From NCBI RefSeq assembly GCF_009914755.1, contig NC_060931.1: a stretch of DNA of 64,000 nt, one strand, 5' to 3'. A program made the position numbers and the translations under genes. The notes beneath the pieces were generated by a model that saw nothing but the letters and a program-made list of their open reading frames with translations, did not search any database and had not been told where the DNA came from. Below are positions 41,001-53,000 of the stretch, piece by piece. Position 1 is the stretch's first letter. The number at the start of each line of letters is the position of its first letter. The DNA comes from the human T2T-CHM13v2.0 reference genome, Homo sapiens.

Positions 41001-44000
41001 TTGTGATGTGTGCGTTCAACTCACATAGTTTAACCTTTCTTTTCATAGAGCAGTTTGGAAACACTCTGTTTGTAAAGTCTGCAAGTGGATATATGGACCG
41101 CATTGAGGCCTTCGTTGGAAACGGGATTTCTTCATTTCATGCTAGACAGAAGAATTCTCAGTAACTTCTTTGTGCTGTGTGTATTCAACTCACAGAGTGG
41201 AACGTCCCTTTGCACAGAGCAGATTTGAAACACTCTTTTTGTGGAGTTTGCAAGTGGAGATTTCAATTGATTTGATGCCAACAGTAGAAAAGGAAATATC
41301 TTCAAATAAAAACTAGACAGAATCATTCTCAGAAACTACTTTGTGATGTGTGCCTTCAACTCACAGAGTTTAACCTTTCTTTTCTTAGAGCAGTTTAGAA
41401 ACACTCTGCTTGTTATGTCTGCAAGTGGATATTTGGACCTCTTTGAGGCCTTCGTTGCAAACGGGGTTTCTTCCTTTCATGCTAGACTAAGAAGAGTTCT
41501 CAGTAACTTTTTTGTGTTGTGTGTATTCAACTCACAGAGTTGAACCTTGCTTTAGAGAGAGCAGATTTGAAACACTCTTGCTGTGGCATTTTCAGGTGGA
41601 GATTTCAAGCGATTTGAGGACAATTGCAGAAAAGGAAATATCTTCGTATAATAACCAGACAGAATCATTCTCAGAAAGTGCTTTGTGATGTGTGCGTTCA
41701 ACTCACAGAGTTTAACCTTTCTTTTCATAGAGGAGTTTGGAAACACACTGTTTGTAAAGTCTGCAAGTGGATACATGGACCTGTTTGAGGCCTTCGTTGG
41801 AAACGGGATTTCTTCATTGAATGCTAGACGGAAGAATTCTCAGTAAATTCTTTGTGTTGTGTGCATTCAACTCACAGAGTGGAACGTCCCTTTAGACAGA
41901 GCAGATTTGAAACACTCTTTTTGCGGAATTTGCAAGTGGAGATTTCTAGCCATTTGATGCCAACAGTAGAAAGGGAAATATCTTCAAATAAAAACCAGAC
42001 AGAATCATTCTCAGAAAATTCTTTGTGATGTGTGCGTTCAACTCACATAGTTTAACCTTTCTTTTCATAGAGCAGTTTGGAAACACTCTGTTTGTAAAGT
42101 CTGCAAGTGGATATATGGACCGCATTGAGGCCTTCGTTGGAAACGGGATTTCTTCATTTCATGCTAGACAGAAGAATTCTCAGTAACTTCTTTGTGCTGT
42201 GTGTATTCAACTCACAGAGTGGAACGTCCCTTTGCACAGAGCAGATTTGAAACACTCTTTTTGTGGAGTTTGCAAGTGGAGATTTCAAGCGATTTGATGC
42301 CAACAGTAGAAAAGGAAATATCTTCAAATAAAAACTAGACAGAATCATTCTCAGAAACTACTTTGTGATGTGTGCCTTCAACTCACAGAGTTCAACCTTT
42401 CTTTTCTTAGAGCAGTTTAGAAACACTCTGCTTGTTATGTCTGCAAGTGGATATTTGGACCTCTTTGAGGCCTTCGTTGCAAACGGGGTTTCTTCCTTTC
42501 ATGCTAGACTAAGAAGAGTTCTCAGTAACTTTTTTGTGTTGTGTGTATTCAACTCACAGAGTTGAACCTTGCTTTAGAGAGAGCAGATTTGAAACACTCT
42601 TGCTGTGGCATTTTCAGGTGGAGATTTCAAGCGATTTGAGGACAATTGCAGAAAAGGAAATATCTTCGTATAATAACCAGACAGAATCATTCTCAGAAAG
42701 TGCTTTGTGATGTGTGCGTTCAACTCACAGAGTTTAACCTTTCTTTTCATAGAGGAGTTTGGAAACACACTGTTTGTAAAGTCTGCAAGTGGATACATGG
42801 ACCTGTTTGAGGCCTTCGTTGGAAACGGGATTTCTTCATTGAATGCTAGACGGAAGAATTCTCAGTAAATTCTTTGTGTTGTGTGCATTCAACTCACAGA
42901 GTGGAACGTCCCTTTAGACACAGCAGATTTGAAACACTCTTTTTGCGGAATTTGCAAGTGGAGATTTCTAGCCATTTGATGCCAACAGTAGAAAGGGAAA
43001 TATCTTCAAATAAAAACCAGACAGAATCATTCTCAGAAAATTCTTTGTGATGTGTGCGTTCAACTCACATAGTTTAACCTTTCTTTTCATAGAGCAGTTT
43101 GGAAACACTCTGTTTGTAAAGTCTGCAAGTGGATATATGGACCGCATTGAGGCCTTCGTTGGAAACGGGATTTCTTCATTTCATGCTAGACAGAAGAATT
43201 CTCAGTAACTTCTTTGTGCTGTGTGTATTCAACTCACAGAGTGGAACGTCCCTTTGCACAGAGCAGATTTGAAACACTCTTTTTGTGGAGTTTGCAAGTG
43301 GAGATTTCAAGCGATTTGATGCCAACAGTAGAAAAGGAAATATCTTCAAATAAAAACTAGACAGAATCATTCTCAGAAACTACTTTGTGATGTGTGCCTT
43401 CAACTCACAGAGTTTAACCTTTCTTTTCTTAGAGCAGTTTAGAAACACTCTGCTTGTTATGTCTGCAAGTGGATATTTGGACCTCTTTGAGGTCTTCGTT
43501 GCAAACGGGGTTTCTTCCTTTCATGCTAGACTAAGAAGAGTTCTCAGTAACTTTTTTGTGTTGTGTGTATTCAACTCACAGAGTTGAACCTTGCTTTAGA
43601 GAGAGCAGATTTGAAACACTCTTGCTGTGGCATTTTCAGGTGGAGATTTCAAGCGATTTGAGGACAATTGCAGAAAAGGAAATATCTTCGTATAATAACC
43701 AGACAGAATCATTCTCAGAAAGTGCTTTGTGATGTGTGCGTTCAACTCACAGAGTTTAACCTTTCTTTTCATAGAGGAGTTTGGAAACACACTGTTTGTA
43801 AAGTCTGCAAGTGGATATATGGACCTGTTTGAGGCCTTCGTTGGAAACGGGATTTCTTCATTGAATGCTAGACGGAAGAATTCTCAGTAAATTCTTTGTG
43901 TTGTGTGCATTCAACTCACAGAGTGGAACGTCCCTTTAGACAGAGCAGATTTGAAACACTCTTTTTGCGGAATTTGCAAGTGGAGATTTCTAGCCATTTG

Positions 44001-47000
44001 ATGCCAAAAGTAGAAAGGGAAATATCTTCAAATAAAAACCAGACAGAATCATTCTCAGAAAATTCTTTGTGATGTGTGCGTTCAACTCACATAGTTTAAC
44101 CTTTCTTTTCATAGAGCAGTTTGGAAACACTCTGTTTGTAAAGTCTGCAAGTGGATATATGGACCGCATTGAGGCCTTCGTTGGAAACGGGATTTCTTCA
44201 TTTCATGCTAGACAGAAGAATTCTCAGTAACTTCTTTGTGCTGTGTGTATTCAACTCACAGAGTGGAACGTCCCTTTGCACAGAGCAGATTTGAAACACT
44301 CTTTTTGTGGAGTTTGCAAGTGGAGATTTCAAGCGATTTGATGCCAACAGTAGAAAAGGAAATATCTTCAAATAAAAACTAGACAGAATCATTCTCAGAA
44401 ACTACTTTGTGATGTGTGCCTTCAACTCACAGAGTTTAACCTTTCCTTTCTTAGAGCAGTTTAGAAACACTCTGCTTGTTATGTCTGCAAGTGGATATTT
44501 GGACCTCTTTGAGGCCTTCGTTGCAAACGGGGTTTCTTCCTTTCATGCTAGACTAAGAAGAGTTCTCAGTAACTTTTTTGTGTTGTGTGTATTCAACTCA
44601 CAGAGTTGAACCTTGCTTTAGAGAGAGCAGATTTGAAACACTCTTGCTGTGGCATTTTCAGGTGGAGATTTCAAGCGATTTGAGGACAATTGCAGAAAAG
44701 GAAATATCTTCGTATAATAACCAGACAGAATCATTCTCAGAAAGTGCTTTGTGATGTGTGCGTTCAACTCACAGAGTTTAACCTTTCTTTTCATAGAGGA
44801 GTTTGGAAACACACTGTTTGTAAAGTCTGCAAGTGGATATATGGACCTGTTTGAGGCCTTCGTTGGAAACGGGATTTCTTCATTGAATGCTAGACGGAAG
44901 AATTCTCAGTAAATTCTTTGTGTTGTGTGCATTCAACTCACAGAGTGGAACGTCCCTTTAGACAGAGCAGATTTGAAACACTCTTTTTGCGGAATTTGCA
45001 AGTGGAGATTTCTAGCCATTTGATGCCAACAGTAGAAAGGGAAATATCTTCAAATAAAAACCAGACAGAATCATTCTCAGAAAATTCTTTGTGATGTGTG
45101 CGTTCAACTCACATAGTTTAACCTTTCTTTTCATAGAGCAGTTTGGAAACACTCTGTTTGTAAAGTCTGCAAGTGGATATATGGACCGCATTGAGGCCTT
45201 CGTTGGAAACGGGATTTCTTCATTTCATGCTAGACAGAAGAATTCTCAGTAACTTCTTTGTGCTGTGTGTATTCAACTCACAGAGTGGAACGTCCCTTTG
45301 CACAGAGCAGATTTGAAACACTCTTTTTGTGGAGTTTGCAAGTGGAGATTTCAAGCGATTTGATGCCAACAGTAGAAAAGGAAATATCTTCAAATAAAAA
45401 CTAGACAGAATCATTCTCAGAAACTACTTTGTGATGTGTGCCTTCAACTCACACAGTTCAACCTTTCTTTTCTTAGAGCAGTTTAGAAACACTCTGCTTG
45501 TTATGTCTGCAAGTGGATATTTGGACCTCTTTGAGGCCTTCGTTGCAAACGGGGTTTCTTCCTTTCATGCTAGACTAAGAAGAGTTCTCAGTAACTTTTT
45601 TGTGTTGTGTGTATTCAACTCACAGAGTTGAACCTTGCTTTAGAGAGAGCAGATTTGAAACACTCTTGCTGTGGCATTTTCAGGTGGAGATTTCAAGCGA
45701 TTTGAGGACAATTGCAGAAAAGGAAATATCTTCGTATAATAACCAGACAGAATCATTCTCAGAAAGTGCTTTGTGATGTGTGCGTTCAACTCACAGAGTT
45801 TAACCTTTCTTTTCATAGAGGAGTTTGGAAACACACTGTTTGTAAAGTCTGCAAGTGGATACATGGACCTGTTTGAGGCCTTCGTTGGAAACGGGATTTC
45901 TTCATTGAATGCTAGACGGAAGAATTCTCAGTAAATTCTTTGTGTTGTGTGCATTCAACTCACAGAGTGGAACGTCCCTTTAGACAGAGCAGATTTGAAA
46001 CACTCTTTTTGCGGAATTTGCAAGTGGAGATTTCTAGCCATTTGATGCCAACAGTAGAAAGGGAAATATCTTCAAATAAAAACCAGACAGAATCATTCTC
46101 AGAAAATTCTTTGTGATGTGTGCGTTCAACTCACATAGTTTAACCTTTCTTTTCATAGAGCAGTTTGGAAACACTCTGTTTGTAAAGTCTGCAAGTGGAT
46201 ATATGGACCGCATTGAGGCCTTCGTTGGAAACGGGATTTCTTCATTTCATGCTAGACAGAAGAATTCTCAGTAACTTCTTTGTGCTGTGTGTATTCAACT
46301 CACAGAGTGGAACGTCCCTTTGCACAGAGCAGATTTGAAACACTCTTTTTGTGGAGTTTGCAAGTGGAGATTTCAAGCGATTTGATGCCAACAGTAGAAA
46401 AGGAAATATCTTCAAATAAAAACTAGACAGAATCATTCTCAGAAACTACTTTGTGATGTGTGCCTTCAACTCACAGAGTTCAACCTTTCTTTTCTTAGAG
46501 CAGTTTAGAAACACTCTGCTTGTTATGTCTGCAAGTGGATATTTGGACCTCTTTGAGGCCTTCGTTGCAAACGGGGTTTCTTCCTTTCATGCTAGACTAA
46601 GAAGAGTTCTCAGTAACTTTTTTGTGTTGTGTGTATTCAACTCACAGAGTTGAACCTTGCTTTAGAGAGAGCAGATTTGAAACACTCTTGCTGTGGCATT
46701 TTCAGGTGGAGATTTCAAGCGATTTGAGGACAATTGCAGAAAAGGAACTATCTTCGTATAATAACCAGACAGAATCATTCTCAGAAAGTGCTTTGTGATG
46801 TGTGCGTTCAACTCACAGAGTTTAACCTTTCTTTTCATAGAGGAGTTTGGAAACACACTGTTTGTAAAGTCTGCAAGTGGATACATGGACCTGTTTGAGG
46901 CCTTCGTTGGAAACGGGATTTCTTCATTGAATGCTAGACGGAAGAATTCTCAGTAAATTCTTTGTGTTGTGTGCATTCAACTCACAGAGTGGAACGTCCC

Positions 47001-50000
47001 TTTAGACAGAGCAGATTTGAAACACTCTTTTTGCGGAATTTGCAAGTGGAGATTTCTAGCCATTTGATGCCAACAGTAGAAAGGGAAATATCTTCAAATA
47101 AAAACCAGACAGAATCATTCTCAGAAAATTCTTTGTGATGTGTGCGTTCAACTCACATAGTTTAACCTTTCTTTTCATAGAGCAGTTTGGAAACACTCTG
47201 TTTGTAAAGTCTGCAAGTGGATATATGGACCGCATTGAGGCCTTCGTTGGAAACGGGATTTCTTCATTTCATGCTAGACAGAAGAATTCTCAGTAACTTC
47301 TTTGTGCTGTGTGTATTCAACTCACAGAGTGGAACGTCCCTTTGCACAGAGCGGATTTGAAACACTCTTTTTGTGGAGTTTGCAAGTGGAGATTTCAAGC
47401 GATTTGATGCCAACAGTAGAAAAGGAAATATCTTCAAATAAAAACTAGACAGAATCATTCTCAGAAACTACTTTGTGATGTGTGCCTTCAACTCACAGAG
47501 TTCAACCTTTCTTTTCTTAGAGCAGTTTAGAAACACTCTGCTTGTTATGTCTGCAAGTGGATATTTGGACCTCTTTGAGGCCTTCGTTGCAAACGGGGTT
47601 TCTTCCTTTCATGCTAGACTAAGAAGAGTTCTCAGTAACTTTTTTGTGTTGTGTGTATTCAACTCACAGAGTTGAACCTTGCTTTAGAGAGAGCAGATTT
47701 GAAACACTCTTGCTGTGGCATTTTCAGGTGGAGATTTCAAGCGATTTGAGGACAATTGCAGAAAAGGAAATATCTTCGTATAATAACCAGACAGAATCAT
47801 TCTCAGAAAGTGCTTTGTGATGTGTGCGTTCAACTCACAGAGTTTAACCTTTCTTTTCATAGAGGAGTTTGGAAACACACTGTTTGTAAAGTCTGCAAGT
47901 GGATACATGGACCTGTTTGAGGCCTTCGTTGGAAACGGGATTTCTTCATTGAATGCTAGACGGAAGAATTCTCAGTAAATTCTTTGTGTTGTGTGCATTC
48001 AACTCACAGAGTGGAACGTCCCTTTAGACAGAGCAGATTTGAAACACTCTTTTTGCGGAATTTGCAAGTGGAGATTTCTAGCCATTTGATGCCAACAGTA
48101 GAAAGGGAAATATCTTCAAATAAAAACCAGACAGAATCATTCTCAGAAAATTCTTTGTGATGTGTGCGTTCAACTCACATAGTTTAACCTTTCTTTTCAT
48201 AGAGCAGTTTGGAAACACTCTGTTTGTAAAGTCTGCAAGTGGATATATGGACCGCATTGAGGCCTTCGTTGGAAACGGGATTTCTTCATTTCATGCTAGA
48301 CAGAAGAATTCTCAGTAACTTCTTTGTGCTGTGTGTATTCAACTCACAGAGTGGAACGTCCCTTTGCACAGAGCAGATTTGAAACACTCTTTTTGTGGAG
48401 TTTGCAAGTGGAGATTTCAAGCGATTTGATGCCAACAGTAGAAAAGGAAATATCTTCAAATAAAAACTAGACAGAATCATTCTCAGAAACTACTTTGTGA
48501 TGTGTGCCTTCAACTCACAGAGTTCAACCTTTCTTTTCTTAGAGCAGTTTAGAAACACTCTGCTTGTTATGTCTGCAAGTGGATATTTGGACCTCTTTGA
48601 GGCCTTCGTTGCAAACGTGGTTTCTTCCTTTCATGCTAGACTAAGAAGAGTTCTCAGTAACTTTTTTGTGTTGTGTGTATTCAACTCACAGAGTTGAACC
48701 TTGCTTTAGAGAGAGCAGATTTGAAACACTCTTGCTGTGGCATTTTCAGGTGGAGATTTCAAGCGATTTGAGGACAATTGCAGAAAAGGAAATATCTTCG
48801 TATAATAACCAGACAGAATCATTCTCAGAAAGTGCTTTGTGATGTGTGCGTTCAACTCACAGAGTTTAACCTTTCTTTTCATAGAGGAGTTTGGAAACAC
48901 ACTGTTTGTAAAGTCTGCAAGTGGATACATGGACCTGTTTGAGGCCTTCGTTGGAAACGGGATTTCTTCATTGAATGCTAGACGGAAGAATTCTCAGTAA
49001 ATTCTTTGTGTTGTGTGCATTCAACTCACAGAGTGGAACGTCCCTTTAGACAGAGCAGATTTGAAACACTCTTTTTGCGGAATTTGCAAGTGGAGATTTC
49101 TAGCCATTTGATGCCAACAGTAGAAAGGGAAATATCTTCAAATAAAAACCAGACAGAATCATTCTCAGAAAATTCTTTGTGATGTGTGCGTTCAACTCAC
49201 ATAGTTTAACCTTTCTTTTCATAGAGCAGTTTGGAAACACTCTGTTTGTAAAGTCTGCAAGTGGATATATGGACCGCATTGAGGCCTTCGTTGGAAACGG
49301 GATTTCTTCATTTCATGCTAGACAGAAGAATTCTCAGTAACTTCTTTGTGCTGTGTGTATTCAACTCACAGAGTGGAACGTCCCTTTGCACAGAGCGGAT
49401 TTGAAACACTCTTTTTGTGGAGTTTGCAAGTGGAGATTTCAAGCGATTTGATGCCAACAGTAGAAAAGGAAATATCTTCAAATAAAAACTAGACAGAATC
49501 ATTCTCAGAAACTACTTTGTGATGTGTGCCTTCAACTCACAGAGTTCAACCTTTCTTTTCTTAGAGCAGTTTAGAAACACTCTGCTTGTTATGTCTGCAA
49601 GTGGATATTTGGACCTCTTTGAGGCCTTCGTTGCAAACGGGGTTTCTTCCTTTCATGCTAGACTAAGAAGAGTTCTCAGTAACTTTTTTGTGTTGTGTGT
49701 ATTCAACTCACAGAGTTGAACCTTGCTTTAGAGAGAGCAGATTTGAAACACTCTTGCTGTGGCATTTTCAGGTGGAGATTTCAAGCGATTTGAGGACAAT
49801 TGCAGAAAAGGAAATATCTTCGTATAATAACCAGACAGAATCATTCTCAGAAAGTGCTTTGTGATGTGTGCGTTCAACTCACAGAGTTTAACCTTTCTTT
49901 TCATAGAGGAGTTTGGAAACACACTGTTTGTAAAGTCTGCAAGTGGATACATGGACCTGTTTGAGGCCTTCGTTGGAAACGGGATTTCTTCATTGAATGC

Positions 50001-53000
50001 TAGACGGAAGAATTCTCAGTAAATTCTTTGTGTTGTGTGCATTCAACTCACAGAGTGGAACGTCCCTTTAGACAGAGCAGATTTGAAACACTCTTTTTGC
50101 GGAATTTGCAAGTGGAGATTTCTAGCCATTTGATGCCAACAGTAGAAAGGGAAATATCTTCAAATAAAAACCAGACAGAATCATTCTCAGAAAATTCTTT
50201 GTGATGTGTGCGTTCAACTCACATAGTTTAACCTTTCTTTTCATAGAGCAGTTTGGAAACACTCTGTTTGTAAAGTCTGCAAGTGGATATATGGACCGCA
50301 TTGAGGCCTTCGTTGGAAACGGGATTTCTTCATTTCATGCTAGACAGAAGAATTCTCAGTAACTTCTTTGTGCTGTGTGTATTCAACTCACAGAGTGGAA
50401 CGTCCCTTTGCACAGAGCAGATTTGAAACACTCTTTTTGTGGAGTTTGCAAGTGGAGATTTCAAGCGATTTGATGCCAACAGTAGAAAAGGAAATATCTT
50501 CAAATAAAAACTAGACAGAATCATTCTCAGAAACTACTTTGTGATGTGTGCCTTCAACTCACAGAGTTCAACCTTTCTTTTCTTAGAGCAGTTTAGAAAC
50601 ACTCTGCTTGTTATGTCTGCAAGTGGATATTTGGACCTCTTTGAGGCCTTCGTTGCAAACGGGGTTTCTTCCTTTCATGCTAGACTAAGAAGAGTTCTCA
50701 GTAACTTTTTTGTGTTGTGTGTATTCAACTCACAGAGTTGAACCTTGCTTTAGAGAGAGCAGATTTGAAACACTCTTGCTGTGGCATTTTCAGGTGGAGA
50801 TTTCAAGCGATTTGAGGACAATTGCAGAAAAGGAAATATCTTCGTATAATAACCAGACAGAATCATTCTCAGAAAGTGCTTTGTGATGTGTGCGTTCAAC
50901 TCACAGAGTTTAACATTTCTTTTCATAGAGGAGTTTGGAAACACACTGTTTGTAAAGTCTGCAAGTGGATATATGGACCTGTTTGAGGCCTTCGTTGGAA
51001 ACGGGATTTCTTCATTGAATGCTAGACGGAAGAATTCTCAGTAAATTCTTTGTGTTGTGTGCATTCAACTCACAGAGTGGAACGTCCCTTTAGACAGAGC
51101 AGATTTGAAACACTCTTTTTGCGGAATTTGCAAGTGGAGATTTCTAGCCATTTGATGCCAACAGTAGAAAGGGAAATATCTTCAAATAAAAACCAGACAG
51201 AATCATTCTCAGAAAATTCTTTGTGATGTGTGCGTTCAACTCACATAGTTTAACCTTTCTTTTCATAGAGCAGTTTGGAAACACTCTGTTTGTAAAGTCT
51301 GCAAGTGGATATATGGACCGCATTGAGGCCTTCGTTGGAAACGGGATTTCTTCATTTCATGCTAGACAGAAGAATTCTCAGTAACTTCTTTGTGCTGTGT
51401 GTATTCAACTCACAGAGTGGAACGTCCCTTTACACAGAGCAGATTTGAAACACTCTTTTTGTGGAGTTTGCAAGTGGAGATTTCAAGCGATTTGATGCCT
51501 ACAGTAGAAAAGGAAATATCTTCAAATAAAAACTAGACAGAATCATTCTCAGAAACTACTTTGTGATGTGTGCCTTCAACTCACAGAGTTTAACCTTTCT
51601 TTTCTTAGAGCAGTTTAGAAACACTCTGCTTGTTATGTCTGCAAGTGGATATTTGGACCTCTTTGAGGCCTTCGTTGCAAACGGGATTTCTTCCTTTCAT
51701 GCTAGACTAAGAAGAGTTCTCAGTAACTTTTTTGTGTTGTGTGTATTCAACTCACAGAGTTGAACCTTGCTTTAGAGAGAGCAGATTTGAAACACTCTTG
51801 CTGTGGCATTTTCAGGTGGAGATTTCAAGCGATTTGAGGACAATTGCAGAAAAGGAAATATCTTCGTATAATAACCAGACAGAATCATTCTCAGAAAGTG
51901 CTTTGTGATGTGTGCGTTCAACTCACAGAGTTTAACCTTTCTTTTCATAGAGGAGTTTGGAAACACACTGTTTGTAAAGTCTGCAAGTGGATACATGGAC
52001 CTGTTTGAGGCCTTCGTTGGAAACGGGATTTCTTCATTGAATGCTAGACGGAAGAATTCTCAGTAAATTCTTTGTGTTGTGTGCATTCAACTCACAGAGT
52101 GGAACGTCCCTTTAGACAGAGCAGATTTGAAACACTCTTTTTGCGGAATTTGCAAGTGGAGATTTCTAGCCATTTGATGCCAACAGTAGAAAGGGAAATA
52201 TCTTCAAATAAAAACCAGACAGAATCATTCTCAGAAAATTCTTTGTGATGTGTGCGTTCAACTCACATAGTTTAACCTTTCTTTTCATAGAGCAGTTTGG
52301 AAACACTCTGTTTGTAAAGTCTGCAAGTGGATATATGGACCGCATTGAGGCCTTCGTTGGAAACGGGATTTCTTCATTTCATGCTAGACAGAAGAATTCT
52401 CAGTAACTTCTTTGTGCTGTGTGTATTCAACTCACAGAGTGGAACGTCCCTTTGCACAGAGCAGATTTGAAACACTCTTTTTGTGGAGTTTGCAAGTGGA
52501 GATTTCAAGCGATTTGATGCCAACAGTAGAAAAGGAAATATCTTCAAATAAAAACTAGACAGAATCATTCTCAGAAACTACTTTGTGATGTGTGCCTTCA
52601 ACTCACAGAGTTTAACCTTTCTTTTCTTAGAGCAGTTTAGAAACACTCTGCTTGTTACGTCTGCAAGTGGATATTTGGACCTCTTTGAGGCCTTCGTTGC
52701 AAACGGGGTTTCTTCCTTTCATGCTAGACTAAGAAGACTTCTCAGTAACTTTTTTGTGTTGTGTGTATTCAACTCACAGAGTTGAACCTTGCTTTAGAGA
52801 GAGCAGATTTGAAACACTCTTGCTGTGGCATTTTCAGGTGGAGATTTCAAGCGATTTGAGGACAATTGCAGAAAAGGAAATATCTTCGTATAATAACCAG
52901 ACAGAATCATTCTCAGAAAGTGCTTTGTGATGTGTGCGTTCAACTCACAGAGTTTAACCTTTCTTTTCATAGAGGAGTTTGGAAACACACTGTTTGTAAA

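Noticed and set aside
43493-43493. C>T next to box 2 in HOR43 as a box loss
   Set aside because: It lies one base outside the 17-bp box; the core is intact.
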